Under the pieces are notes generated by a model. It was not told the DNA's origin and did not search any database. It saw nothing but the letters and a program-made list of their open reading frames with translations. This document shows, piece after piece, positions 18,541-28,650 of a DNA stretch of 60,232 nt. The DNA comes from a virus (taxonomy: Duplodnaviria; Caudoviricetes), in IMG/VR virus record IMGVR_UViG_3300013119_000728, positions 1 to 60,232 of that record. One strand, given 5' to 3'. Every line of letters starts with the position of its first letter. The stretch's first letter is position 1. The translations under genes and the position numbers were made by a program.

Positions 18541-20013
18541 ATGAATACAACACTTCGAAACATAGTTCAAAATGAAATTAAACAATTGCTGTCAGAACAA
18601 GATGAGAAATCTGTATCAAAAAAACGAAAGCTAAAATCTGAAGATTCCCGCATTATGTCTGCCGATCGCGGCCCATTTCGTGACAAGATGAAAGGTGACC
18701 CGTTTGAATATACAATTGTCGGAGATCCATGCGATGATCCCGAGGGTATAAAGTTTAAAGTAACGGGATTTTCTAAGCTCGCAAAAAGAAAGTTTCGCAA
18801 TAAGTGGAAGAAGATAACCGCCGGCCAAAGACAAAGAACACTAGAAAAAGATAAATACATCTGGAAAAGAGGAAAGCTCAAAGGGCAAGATTCCTGGGAG
18901 ATTCTTCGAAAGACACTCGGCGGTGCAGATTTAATTTGCCAGCGGGTAACTGAAGCTGAGAAGAAGCATGAGAAGAAATCTAAGCTAGACTTTACAGATC
19001 AAGAGCCGATGCAAGACCCAACAATTAGAGGTAAGAAGAAGGCCAAAAAAGACGGAATAGGCGGTAAAGATCAAAAGATTGATAACACGTTTCCTCGAGG
19101 ATCACTTCGATACTATATTAAAAATAATACCACGGGAATTGACCCGAAGGTTAAAAAATATATAAAGAGCTTCGCTGAAAACGATGATACAAAGTCGCTG
19201 TTTAGAGATGCAGTTAAAAAAATCATATCAAAACAATATGACAAAGAAATCTACAAGCCGATCAATATGGGCTATAGCTTTATGCAGTTATCTGATGATC
19301 CCATTTCGGGAGCGTCAGCTCGTCTGGATGCAGCACTAAAACTAATTTTTAATAAATCTCTTCCTCGAGAAATTCAAATGCGGGCTCTAGACTTATCTGA
19401 AAGAATATATGATAAGCTAGGCTCATGGGAAAAGGTCGATGATCTAGCAAAGAAAGAATCAGATATATTGGCATCTGAGCTTAAGATGCCGTATTTCGGA
19501 ACTGTATCAGATGCTAAGACTAAAAAAGAAGAAGAACCCGAAGTTGTTAAAAAAGAAAAAGAGATAGCTAAAGAGCCCGCAGCAAAGAAGAAATTAAAAT
19601 ATCCGCAAGGCAATCTCATGAATAAAGAGTTTGATATTGAGGGTATGAAAATGAAAGTTACTGAAGATCGATTAATTCTAGACGGAAAGCCTTACAAGGC
19701 CACAGTATTCGGATCTAATATGAGCTTTAATAATATGAGCTTTAAAAAAATCGTTGGTAAACCAGACTCTATTGAAATAACCGGTTCTGCTTTGTTTAAA
19801 ACAGTCACAACAAATATTACATGGGCCGACCTCATACAGAATGCCAAAGATCTCAGAGGTAAAAACAAAACAACTATATCGACCCCGGGAAATCCTGACA
19901 TAAAAATTACACCCGCTTCTTCTGCTGTTAGTGAATCCCGCCAAGTTACACCAGCCCAGCTAAACCAAATAATACTCAGAGAAATGAAAAGAATCCAAAA
20001 TGAAAATAGATGA
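18541..20013 (+). CDS. Lys-rich protein tagged at both termini (putative virion protein)
   Basis: MNTTLRNIVQNEIKQLLSE and C-terminal VSESRQVTPAQLNQIILREM. Confidence 0.65.
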   Translation: MNTTLRNIVQNEIKQLLSEQDEKSVSKKRKLKSEDSRIMSADRGPFRDKMKGDPFEYTIVGDPCDDPEGIKFKVTGFSKLAKRKFRNKWKKITAGQRQRTLEKDKYIWKRGKLKGQDSWEILRKTLGGADLICQRVTEAEKKHEKKSKLDFTDQEPMQDPTIRGKKKAKKDGIGGKDQKIDNTFPRGSLRYYIKNNTTGIDPKVKKYIKSFAENDDTKSLFRDAVKKIISKQYDKEIYKPINMGYSFMQLSDDPISGASARLDAALKLIFNKSLPREIQMRALDLSERIYDKLGSWEKVDDLAKKESDILASELKMPYFGTVSDAKTKKEEEPEVVKKEKEIAKEPAAKKKLKYPQGNLMNKEFDIEGMKMKVTEDRLILDGKPYKATVFGSNMSFNNMSFKKIVGKPDSIEITGSALFKTVTTNITWADLIQNAKDLRGKNKTTISTPGNPDIKITPASSAVSESRQVTPAQLNQIILREMKRIQNENR

Positions 20014-20164
20014 AAAACTAAGGCAGGCAATAATCGCAGAGGTCACAAAGAAGGTCCAAGAGATCCTACCCGTAATCATCAAAGAGATTGTGCAAAAGCA
20101 GGTCGATGACACAGTAGATGATCACTATGCACTGCACTTCGACGACGGTAACGATTATTATTAA
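20000..20164 (+). CDS. 54-aa protein with tag-like N-terminus (below the ORF-track cutoff)
   Basis: MKIDEKLRQAIIAEVTKKVQE... Confidence 0.5.
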   Translation: MKIDEKLRQAIIAEVTKKVQEILPVIIKEIVQKQVDDTVDDHYALHFDDGNDYY

Positions 20165-20219
20165 TCGGTAATCAAATCATCTATTTGTGTTATAATCTTC
20201 TGTAAAACAAGGAAGATAT

Positions 20220-20714
20220 ATGATAAATTTCAAAAGCTTAATTAGAGAAGTTAATGATTGGCCCAAGCCCGGCGTAGGATTTAAAGATATCACATCAATA
20301 CTGGGGACAGATAAGTTTCCTGAGCTAATTGATGCAATGGCCGAGCAGCTCGTTGATATTGACACCATCGATGCTTTCGTAGGTATTGAATCACGAGGAT
20401 ATATCTTTGCGTCAGCATTGGCATACAAGCTTGGCAAGGGAGTAATATTAGCAAGAAAGCCCGGAAAACTTCCGCCGCCCGTAAAGTCAGTTGAGTATTC
20501 ATTGGAGTATGGCACAGATAGCTTAGAAATGCAAGCCGGCTCCGGTCGCGTCGTAATTGTTGATGATGTAGTTGCTACTGGCGGAACCCTGACTGCTGCA
20601 GAACAACTTGCAAAGGATTGCGGGTATGACGTTGTTGATTCACTTTGCTTTATTGACTTGAGGTTTATTCATGATAGAAGCCTTGACACGAAATGTGTAG
20701 TAACGTATGACTGA
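20220..20714 (+). CDS. apt: adenine phosphoribosyltransferase
   Basis: DWPKPGVGFKDIT, GIESRGY, ARKPGKLP, LEYGTD, VVIVDDVVATGGT. Confidence 0.95.
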   Translation: MINFKSLIREVNDWPKPGVGFKDITSILGTDKFPELIDAMAEQLVDIDTIDAFVGIESRGYIFASALAYKLGKGVILARKPGKLPPPVKSVEYSLEYGTDSLEMQAGSGRVVIVDDVVATGGTLTAAEQLAKDCGYDVVDSLCFIDLRFIHDRSLDTKCVVTYD

Positions 20715-21279
20715 TATCATAATGATCAGCGCTCTAAGAGATGAAACACAAGATCTTTTTGATGATGTTCTTCCAGTGATTTATAGCGGAGTAGGTAAGG
20801 TTAATGCTGCTCTCACCACTGCAAAGGCCATTGAGCAATACAAGCCTAAACTCATCATCAACTTTGGCACCGCCGGAAGTCACAGTATCAAACCACATAC
20901 ATTAGTTGATTGTAATAAATTTATTCAAAGAGACATGCATATTGATGCACTTGGATTTGGCTACGGCATTACACCTTTCGAAGAAGACATACCCAGAGTC
21001 ATAGAGTTTTCCTCGAGTGGTAATATGAATATGGTGTGTGGAACCGGAGATAACTTCGTGGCTGCGTCAGATAAACTAGAATGCGACGTAGTAGACATGG
21101 AAGCATATGCCATAGCAAAATCATGCCATCTATCTAGCGTCGATTTCGTATCATACAAATATATCACAGATGGCGCAGATGAAAATGCAGCTAATCAATG
21201 GAAAGAGAATTGCGCAAAGGGCGCCATAAAGTTTTACGATATTTTGAAAAGTGTCATACAAGACTATAATAAATCTTAA
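20707..21279 (+). CDS. mtnN: 5'-methylthioadenosine/SAH nucleosidase (PNP/UDP family)
   Basis: SGVGKVNAA, INFGTAG, TGDNF, VDMEAYAIA, KYITD. Confidence 0.8.
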   Translation: MTDIIMISALRDETQDLFDDVLPVIYSGVGKVNAALTTAKAIEQYKPKLIINFGTAGSHSIKPHTLVDCNKFIQRDMHIDALGFGYGITPFEEDIPRVIEFSSSGNMNMVCGTGDNFVAASDKLECDVVDMEAYAIAKSCHLSSVDFVSYKYITDGADENAANQWKENCAKGAIKFYDILKSVIQDYNKS

Positions 21280-21316
21280 TAATTAAAAGAAAACTTCAGC
21301 CAGAAAGGTTTTTCAA

Positions 21317-21727
21317 TTGACAACCAGACTAACAATCTTATTTTTAATAGCATCTTGCACGCCTGCAATCCCAGAGGTGGAAGCAAAAACTTCAGCAAAT
21401 ATTGACACTATATCCGGTATAACTTTATCTGAAAGAGGAAAGGCAATTTTTTATGGCGACGGAACAGTAAATTGTTCAACATGTCATACTGCAGGCATGC
21501 ATAATGCACCGCATTTAATTGGGTTCTCTCATAGAAAGACAATTGCAGGAACACTGCCAAACACGCCTGACAATCTGAGAAAGTGGCTAACAGATCCACA
21601 ATCAGTCAAGCCGTCAACAGAGATGGCAACACACATACTTCCAATTCACCCAGATCCTATAAAGAAATTTATAAAGATTCCTGATGCAGAAATAACAGCC
21701 CTAATTGCATACCTCCAAACTTTATAA
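21317..21727 (+). CDS. c-type cytochrome lipoprotein
   Basis: Lipobox LIASC; CSTCH heme motif; LPNTPDNLRKWLTDPQSVKPSTEM with distal Met; ALIAYLQTL. Confidence 0.85.
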   Translation: MTTRLTILFLIASCTPAIPEVEAKTSANIDTISGITLSERGKAIFYGDGTVNCSTCHTAGMHNAPHLIGFSHRKTIAGTLPNTPDNLRKWLTDPQSVKPSTEMATHILPIHPDPIKKFIKIPDAEITALIAYLQTL

Positions 21728-21735
21728 TTACCTGC

Positions 21736-22146
21736 ATGACTAATAAAGAAATCAAGGCTGAGCTAGAAAAGCAACTCGACACTGGCAAGATCCGCGTCAT
21801 CATCGACACTGGGCATCGAGGTGTCAAAGTCCCAGTATCATTCATGAACGTGGGCCCAACGGTCTTCATCCTTGCGTGGGATTATCCGGGAATTGATATC
21901 GAGATAAACACACGTTCAGTCAAAGCAACACTCAGATTCAAAGGCACACCATTCAGGTGCACATTCCCGATCAAGTCAATCAAGAGCATCATCTCAATGA
22001 ACTCGGCGCAAACTCCGCCCGAGCCTACAAAGAAGAAGCTGAAGGATCCCAGAGACCAGAGCGCAGGTCCAGGTCTCAAGATCATTGAAAAGGAATTCCC
22101 GATCACCGGCCTGGGTCACAAAGGCACATTAACCCAGCTGAAGTAA
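21736..22146 (+). CDS. SspB-like ClpXP adaptor
   Basis: GVKVP...VKATLRFKGTPFRCTFPIKSI, resembling SspB. Confidence 0.65.
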   Translation: MTNKEIKAELEKQLDTGKIRVIIDTGHRGVKVPVSFMNVGPTVFILAWDYPGIDIEINTRSVKATLRFKGTPFRCTFPIKSIKSIISMNSAQTPPEPTKKKLKDPRDQSAGPGLKIIEKEFPITGLGHKGTLTQLK

Positions 22147-22148
22147 TT

Positions 22149-22177
22149 GTGTAAACTTCGCATCCCTGTGTTATAAT
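22149..22177 (+). promoter_or_regulatory. early-type promoter
   Basis: GTGTAAA-N16-TATAAT. Confidence 0.7.
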
Positions 22178-22196
22178 ACAATCACACGGAGATATA

Positions 22197-23486
22197 ATGA
22201 GCTTCCTCAGAACCCAAGACTTTATGACATCGATGGCGGAAACGTCATCTGTCCTTGATAAGATCGCGATCCTGGAGTCAGTCGATTTCACAACTCGACG
22301 AGTTCTCTACTGGACATATAATAAATACAAGCAATTCCACGTTGGGCCTGACAATGTCAGGAAACGCAAGGATTTGTGTGCTGAGACATGCGACTACCTC
22401 GATCTGTTCGATCTGCTTGAGGATCTGAATGCACGTGAGATCACAGGCCACGACGCTATCTCGCAGGTCAATGCATATATCCGCGACAACCCGGAGAACG
22501 AGGAGCTGGTCTATCTAATCCTTGACCGCAACCTCAAGATCCGTGCGTCAGAGAAGCTGATCAACCGTGCGTGCGATAACCTGATTCCGACGTTTGATGT
22601 TGCTCTTGCAGGATCTTACGATGAGAAGACAGCAAAGAAGGTTGACTTCGAACGCCAGCAGTGGATGGTATCACGAAAGCTGGATGGTGTTCGTTGTCTG
22701 GTGATCGTCGATGAGAACGGTCGAGCAACCTCATGGGCACGCTCCGGCAAGCAGTTCCAAACTTTGCGGAAGGTCGAAGAAGAGATCGAAGCACTAAACA
22801 TGAAGAACGTGGTCTTTGACGGCGAGATGTGCATCATCGATGAAAACGGTGACGAAGATTTCCAGAACTGCATGAAGCAGATCCGGCGCAAGGATCACAC
22901 GATCACAAACGGTCTGTATCAAGCATTCGACCTGATCGATCTGCTCGACTTCCAGCAAGGAACCTCAGGCGACACATTCTTTACGCGACTCGGCCGACTA
23001 CGTTCTGTGATCGGCGACGATGCAAAGATGCTCTCGGTCCTTCATCAAGAGCAGATCACTGGCGACAATCACTTCCAGGAGTGGCGACAGGATTCACAGG
23101 ATGCTGGATGGGAAGGTTTAATGCTCCGCCTCGATGTTCCATATAAGGGCAAACGCTCAAAGGACATCCTGAAGGTCAAGACAATGCATGACGCTGAATA
23201 TCGTGTGAAGGATATCGCCACCGGACCCTTCCGCTACGTGGTCGACGGCCGAGAGGTCGAAGAAGAAATGCTGTCAGCAGTAATGATCGAGCACAAAGGA
23301 AACACGGTCAGGGTCGGAAGCGGATTCACCATCGAACAGCGCAAAGAATTTTACCACCGGCCGTCAAATATTTTGGGAAAACTCGTATGCGTACAGTACT
23401 TCGAAGAATCAGTATCAAAACAAGGGACATATAGTCTTCGATTTCCTGTACTTAAGCACATTTATGCCGGCAAAAGAGATACTTGA
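22197..23486 (+). CDS. ATP-dependent DNA ligase
   Basis: KLDGVR adenylation motif, FDGE, AFD, EGLMLR, LKVK, GSGF, LRFP. Confidence 0.95.
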   Translation: MSFLRTQDFMTSMAETSSVLDKIAILESVDFTTRRVLYWTYNKYKQFHVGPDNVRKRKDLCAETCDYLDLFDLLEDLNAREITGHDAISQVNAYIRDNPENEELVYLILDRNLKIRASEKLINRACDNLIPTFDVALAGSYDEKTAKKVDFERQQWMVSRKLDGVRCLVIVDENGRATSWARSGKQFQTLRKVEEEIEALNMKNVVFDGEMCIIDENGDEDFQNCMKQIRRKDHTITNGLYQAFDLIDLLDFQQGTSGDTFFTRLGRLRSVIGDDAKMLSVLHQEQITGDNHFQEWRQDSQDAGWEGLMLRLDVPYKGKRSKDILKVKTMHDAEYRVKDIATGPFRYVVDGREVEEEMLSAVMIEHKGNTVRVGSGFTIEQRKEFYHRPSNILGKLVCVQYFEESVSKQGTYSLRFPVLKHIYAGKRDT

Positions 23487-23534
23487 TATTTTGAAGAGAC
23501 ATAATCTCACATAGTTCCTATATATTAATAGGCG

Positions 23535-24347
23535 GTGCTTATGTTTTATGTTTATTTTTATAGAGACCCAATAACAAAAAATATCGTTTATATCGGAAAA
23601 GGAAAGAACAAAAGAGATATATCACATTGGGAAAAAAGAAACGACGACCACGGTAGCAATATATGGTTCAAAAGATATCTGAGAAAACTTGATAGATGCG
23701 GTCAAAAACCCATCATAGAAAGATATCAAGAAAATCTAACTAATGTTGATGCATATATGATTGAACACGATCTGATCAAAGAGCATGGAAGAAAAGGCGT
23801 AGATGACGAAGGAAGCCTTTATAATAGATCTATAGGGTTTGAGCATTTCAATGTAAGCAAGCTTGATAGAGATTCGATTTCTAAGTATCTGGATGAATTC
23901 ACACACTTTAATTTCATTCCGGTCTATGATAATATAAAGAAAGAAATTTGTAAGGATTATGTAAAAAATCATATGGGCCTCGTTGCATTGTCAAGAAAGT
24001 TTTCAATAGGTTCCGGAAAGATAAAAAATGTTTTATTAGAGATGGGCATAGAAATAAAAACTCGCGGCGCCCAGCCTGGAGTCTTGAACGGCATGGCAGG
24101 AAAGAAAAGAGGACCAAACAATTATTTTAAAGGAAGAAAACACACAGATGAAACAAAAAAGAAAATATCTGAATCGATTAAACAAAAAGCAAGGGGCATA
24201 AGAGTAAGAGTGAATGATCAAGAATTTTATTCTCTTAAAGCTGCAGCCACATATGTAGAAGTATCTCCCTCGACAATAGCCAGATATTCAAAGTCAGGAA
24301 AGAAATTGATAAAAAATGGTAATAAATTTTCAATCTCTGTTGTATAG
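23535..24347 (+). mobile_element. GIY-YIG homing endonuclease with NUMOD3-like motif
   Basis: YVYFY...YIGKG...R; FKGRKHTDETKKKISES; C-terminal HTH; AT-rich. Confidence 0.8.
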
Positions 24348-24696
24348 TCTATAGAGCCAAAATCAAAACGGCACATTCAGCCTGAGATTCCCGGTAGTCA
24401 AAGTAATTCACGGAGACAAGAGAACATGCTAGGAAGTAACAAGTGAGACAGTTGAAGTTTAAGTTAATAGGTGATTTCGCATTGTCAATCAATGATGAGC
24501 CGTGGAATGAAGATGACCCCCGAGGACCGGGCGGCCAGTATGTATTCAATTGCAATGCCATCGCCGGCGGAGACATTTATGCATGCCGCCACTTTACATA
24601 CTCAGGTGATCCAGAAGATGAACATGCAGTTATGAAGCTTGGACAGGCTGAGAATGCATACAATGAAACCCTTCGAATGATCGAGAGTAACATTCT

Positions 24697-25032
24697 GTGA
24701 AACTTTACGGCCTAGCTCTGACACTGATAATGGGATGCAGCCATGCTGCAGTCGATCGATGTCGTCCGAGCTCTGGAAATGCGCCCGTTGATATCTGCGG
24801 AAATGATCCATCACACGCAGCCAGCTCCGACTTAAAAGGGCTTGACGTAGGCAAAAATGACAAACAGTATGTTACAGAGATAAAAGAAGCTGTAATCATC
24901 AATCGTCTAAAACAGTTCGAAAGACTTTGTATCTCATTAGAAAGGTACAGTAAGATTATAATCTCGGGAGAGGCAGCAAAGCAAATCAAGTCCGGGTTGT
25001 CAGATTGCTACTGGGTGTTTGAAGCAAAGTAA
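24697..25032 (+). CDS. putative lipoprotein
   Basis: Lipobox-like LIMGC. Confidence 0.45.
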   Translation: MKLYGLALTLIMGCSHAAVDRCRPSSGNAPVDICGNDPSHAASSDLKGLDVGKNDKQYVTEIKEAVIINRLKQFERLCISLERYSKIIISGEAAKQIKSGLSDCYWVFEAK

Positions 25033-25042
25033 GATGAGATCA

Positions 25043-25118
25043 GGGGCGGTATCCCAACGGCAGAGGACCTCGACTTAAAATCGACTCAGTGTGGGTTCGA
25101 ATCCCACTCGCCCTACCA
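25043..25118 (+). tRNA. tRNA-Leu(TAA), short variable arm
   Basis: Cloverleaf, anticodon loop CTTAAAA, GTTCGAATC, encoded CCA. Confidence 0.85.
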
Positions 25119-25153
25119 GAAACTTAAACGCCGAGAGGCAAAAGGAGAATAAG

Positions 25154-25363
25154 ATGAACGTAGATCAACACTTAAAGGTTGCCCAGTGGCATATGGAACA
25201 AGCACGACTTCATGCAACATCAAAGCATAGTTGCGGTTGCCCAGCAAATGAGCACGATCAAAAGGCTATCGATGCAATTGAAGCAATGCTATCAGCACTC
25301 GAGCAGACAGGCAATGAGATTACTGAAGATCAAGAGGCAGCATGCTCAATCACAGGTGAGTAA
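25154..25363 (+). CDS. small hypothetical protein
   Basis: AAGGAG RBS then MNVDQHLK. Confidence 0.55.
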   Translation: MNVDQHLKVAQWHMEQARLHATSKHSCGCPANEHDQKAIDAIEAMLSALEQTGNEITEDQEAACSITGE

Positions 25364-25463
25364 TGTCAAACCTTATGTTTGAAAATCTTGAAACAACAAT
25401 CGATATCATCCTTGCTATCGGAGGTCTATTAGTGACTATCCTAAGCATAGTGGGAGGCCCATA

Positions 25464-25958
25464 ATGAACATAATACCTGCATCAATCTTCAATCCAAACT
25501 CAGAAAATACCAATATGGGATTTGTATTCGAACGGCGAGTCATGAGAGATCTTGAGAAAGCAGGCCTTCACCCTGTGCTGGTGTCTGACTGGCTCGAGCG
25601 TCAATTCCCAGATATCAATCAGGTCGGCTTGAATGCCACTGCAAAGATGATGGGCGATATTATGGTTGTATCTCCAAAGACAGGAGCCCCGGTATTTATT
25701 GAATGTTGTTCAATGAACCCGCCGCCAGGGAAAACTAGGTTTACCACGTCCAAGCCTGAAAACTTTAATGGCCTATGTCGATGGTATGCTCTGGGATATC
25801 CGAGAGCTGAAAATGTTACATACATAAGATCATCAACATGGAATAAGTATGTTCGCAAGACAGACCTGAACGGTGCATATTACGTGTTCCCAACGAAGTA
25901 TATCAACAGCCTCAGCTCAGCAATCCGGAGTTCTCTATCATTCGCCGCGAGCGTCTAA
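25464..25958 (+). CDS. possible PD-(D/E)xK nuclease-like protein
   Basis: GFVFERRV...GDIMVV...VFIEC pattern. Confidence 0.4.
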   Translation: MNIIPASIFNPNSENTNMGFVFERRVMRDLEKAGLHPVLVSDWLERQFPDINQVGLNATAKMMGDIMVVSPKTGAPVFIECCSMNPPPGKTRFTTSKPENFNGLCRWYALGYPRAENVTYIRSSTWNKYVRKTDLNGAYYVFPTKYINSLSSAIRSSLSFAASV

Positions 25959-26380
25959 CCATGGATAGCAAAGAAGTAATCGTGGCACACCTCAATCGTC
26001 TCCGGGATGAAATACCAACCTCAGGCACAATCATGGACGCTGAGGTGACGCGGTGGTTGGACAGAGTCGGTGAGGTGCTAGAAGAATATTACATGTGCAT
26101 TGCGGAGGAGGAAGATGTTTGAAGAACCAAAGCCGCACAAGACAATAAACGAGATCAGGCCCTGGGAAACTATCAGTCTTGTTGTCGGTAACTGCTTGAT
26201 AATTGCATACATTGTTTTCAAGACTACAGGTAATTAAAATGTGTAAATCCAAATCAGCTAAGTTATAATGTCTACGTAATAAAGATCATAACCTCCCTGA
26301 GGAAATGGCTTGGATGTTATTTGATATATGAATACAAGATGAATCGCGCTCGTTATGGGTATTTTCACGCTGCTAATTGT

Positions 26381-26456
26381 GGGTGTGTAGCTTAGCGGCC
26401 AAAGCATCTCACTTTTAATGAGTTGATCGTGAGTTCGAGTCTCACCACACCTACCA
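26381..26456 (+). tRNA. tRNA-Lys(TTT)
   Basis: Cloverleaf, loop CTTTTAA, CCA. Confidence 0.9.
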
Positions 26457-26504
26457 TAGAGTGCGATTCTAGCATAGGATTGATCCACCTCAACGGATCA
26501 CTAT

Positions 26505-26579
26505 GGCCCTGTCGTCTATCGGTTAGGACATCAGGTTTTCATCCTGGTAAGCGGGGTTCGATTCCCCGCAGGGTCACCA
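26505..26579 (+). tRNA. tRNA-Glu(TTC)
   Basis: Cloverleaf, loop TTTTCAT, CCA. Confidence 0.92.
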
Positions 26580-26742
26580 AAGAAAAAGGAGAAATAAGAT
26601 GTCAACAGCAGGCTTATTAAAAGAAATCAATCGTCTTGCAAGTATAAACGAAAAGCTTGCGGCTGAAAACAAGAAGCTGCTAGCATTAAACAAATCACTT
26701 TCAGCACAATTATATAGTAAACATCAAACAGGAGTAGAATAA

Positions 26743-27114
26743 ATGAGTTACAAAACAATGGCAGCAGTAATGAACGCGTATGGTAGTGATCATGCCGGAG
26801 CACAAATGTCAGTCCTAAAGCACAAAAAATCAGGAGAGGCATTCTGGTTTCCTAAGATTAGCAATCCAAGCCCTGGGTGGAAAAATACATATAGAGGAAA
26901 TGTAATTCAAGAGACCGGTCTAACGACAGACAATAAGCAGAGATTGCTTGCTGTTCTAAATCAAAAGCAAAACAGCGATATCCCAGTCAGTCGGAGACAT
27001 TTCCGCAAGGCATTCGGAAAAATCAATGGATCTTATTCGTATTTGGGAGACTTTGAGCTAGATGTAGAAAGCTCAACCAAGTCAGGAACTCTTATTTGGC
27101 GAAAGGTATCATAG
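26743..27114 (+). CDS. hypothetical protein
   Basis: 123-aa ORF with AGGAG RBS between tRNAs. Confidence 0.6.
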   Translation: MSYKTMAAVMNAYGSDHAGAQMSVLKHKKSGEAFWFPKISNPSPGWKNTYRGNVIQETGLTTDNKQRLLAVLNQKQNSDIPVSRRHFRKAFGKINGSYSYLGDFELDVESSTKSGTLIWRKVS

Positions 27115-27121
27115 AATAAAT

Positions 27122-27198
27122 TGGCTCATAGCTCAGCTGGTTAGAGCTTTCGCCTGATAAGCGAGAGGTGGGAGGTTCGAATCCTCCTGGGCCAACCA
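27122..27198 (+). tRNA. tRNA-Ile(GAT)
   Basis: Cloverleaf, loop CTGATAA, CCA. Confidence 0.92.
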
Positions 27199-27269
27199 TG
27201 ATACATTTACCGGGAACGGTATAGAATAGAGAAGTTCAAATCATCTACAACACAAAGAAGGAGAATTAG

Positions 27270-27701
27270 ATGAGCACAGTAGAGACAGGAAACACAGTCA
27301 ACGTCCACTATCGAGGCACTCTTGACGACGGATCAGAGTTTGATAGTTCACACGACCGCGGAGAGACACTAACATTCGAGGTCGGCGCCGGACAAATGAT
27401 CCCGGGTTTCGATGCAGCATTGCCAGGAATGGAAGTTGGCGAGACCAAGAGCATCACAATTAGCGCTGAGCAAGCATATGGTGAGTCAAATCCTGAGGCA
27501 GTTGCTGATGTTCCAAAGGCTAGCTTCCCTGAGAACTATGAGTTCGAAGTTGATGCAATGGTTCAAGGACAAAATGACTCAGGTGAATCAGTCGTTGGAA
27601 TTATCAACGAAGTAAATGATGAGTTTGTAACAATTAATTTCAATCATCCTCTCGCTGGCAAGTCACTGAACTTTGAGATTGAGCTAGTAAGCATCGATTA
27701 G
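27270..27701 (+). CDS. slyD: FKBP-type peptidyl-prolyl isomerase (SlyD/SlpA-like)
   Basis: VHYRGTLDDGSEFDSS, GQMIPGFD, AYG, NFNHPLAGKSLNF. Confidence 0.9.
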   Translation: MSTVETGNTVNVHYRGTLDDGSEFDSSHDRGETLTFEVGAGQMIPGFDAALPGMEVGETKSITISAEQAYGESNPEAVADVPKASFPENYEFEVDAMVQGQNDSGESVVGIINEVNDEFVTINFNHPLAGKSLNFEIELVSID

Positions 27702-27987
27702 GATTAAAGATGACAGTTGACAAAGAAAGACTAAAGCGCTCAAGATACGTGATCATATCAGATGAAGAGCGTCTGAGGTTGAATGATATCGAGGGCGTAG
27801 AATCTCCGATGGATTATCCACCCGAGTTCATGTCATCACCCATCTTTTATAACAACTTGCCCGTTGGGTCCGTAAGTAGAAGCAATAGAAACGTGATTAC
27901 AAATATTGCTTTCGCACTTAAACACCTTAAGAACGTTGAGTATTATTACGGTGACGTTGATCCAGATAGAAAAAGCAAAGGACCTTA

Positions 27988-28605
27988 ATGTTCAAGACAG
28001 TTCTAATTGATCCGCCCTGGAAGAAGACAACAGGTGGAGTAGGACACAAGACACTGGCACCATCAACACATTACGACGTTCAGAATCGTCATCAAGTTCT
28101 GGCAACGCTTGAAGGTTGGTTTGACAAACATGAAGTTGCACCCGAGGCACACCTTTACCTGTGGACGATCAACTCATTCACAGCGGGAAAAGATCAGGGT
28201 ATCATTCCGGGAATGGAGCTTTGCAAGAAGCTTGGCTTCACCCCGGTAACCTTGATTCCGTGGGTCAAGAACGGCGCAGGAAGTCCCACGCCATATGGCA
28301 TGAGGCATACTGAGATGTGCATCTTCGGTGTCAGGTATCGAAAAGGCATGGGTAAAAACACACGCTACAGTGGCACTGAGGATCCTGAGAATGTTGTTAA
28401 CGGGAAAGGATTATGCTCATCTCGAGATTACATCATTGAACCACGTCGCGAGCATTCTCGTAAGCCTGATGCATTCTATGAGTATGTTGAGAAGAGAAGT
28501 GCTGGTCCCTATCTTGAGCTCTATTCACGAACCTCCCGGCCCGGGTGGGTTGCAGAAGGAAATCAAACGGGCACGTGGGGTCCTAAAAAAGATTTAAACA
28601 AATAA
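27988..28605 (+). CDS. MT-A70 family adenine methyltransferase
   Basis: IDPPW, HLYLWT, REHSRKPD, LELYSR...GW..GNQ. Confidence 0.88.
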   Translation: MFKTVLIDPPWKKTTGGVGHKTLAPSTHYDVQNRHQVLATLEGWFDKHEVAPEAHLYLWTINSFTAGKDQGIIPGMELCKKLGFTPVTLIPWVKNGAGSPTPYGMRHTEMCIFGVRYRKGMGKNTRYSGTEDPENVVNGKGLCSSRDYIIEPRREHSRKPDAFYEYVEKRSAGPYLELYSRTSRPGWVAEGNQTGTWGPKKDLNK

Positions 28606-28650
28606 TGGCAGCATAATATAATTTATGCATATTGAGTAATATTTATGTTG

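Noticed and set aside
20220-20255. Apt N-terminus FKSLIREV resembles the IIREE tag
   Set aside because: This is the normal Apt start (LKxxIRxxxD(F/W)PKPG), not an added tag.
23487-24347. Possible group I intron carrying the GIY-YIG gene within the ligase
   Set aside because: The ligase is complete (LRFP motif) before its stop and no intron core is visible; the endonuclease is free-standing.
7389-27701. Bacterial chromosome origin suggested by dnaJ, rseP, apt and slyD
   Set aside because: These genes lack their usual operon partners and are interleaved with phage-type ORFs, homing endonucleases and phage promoter motifs.
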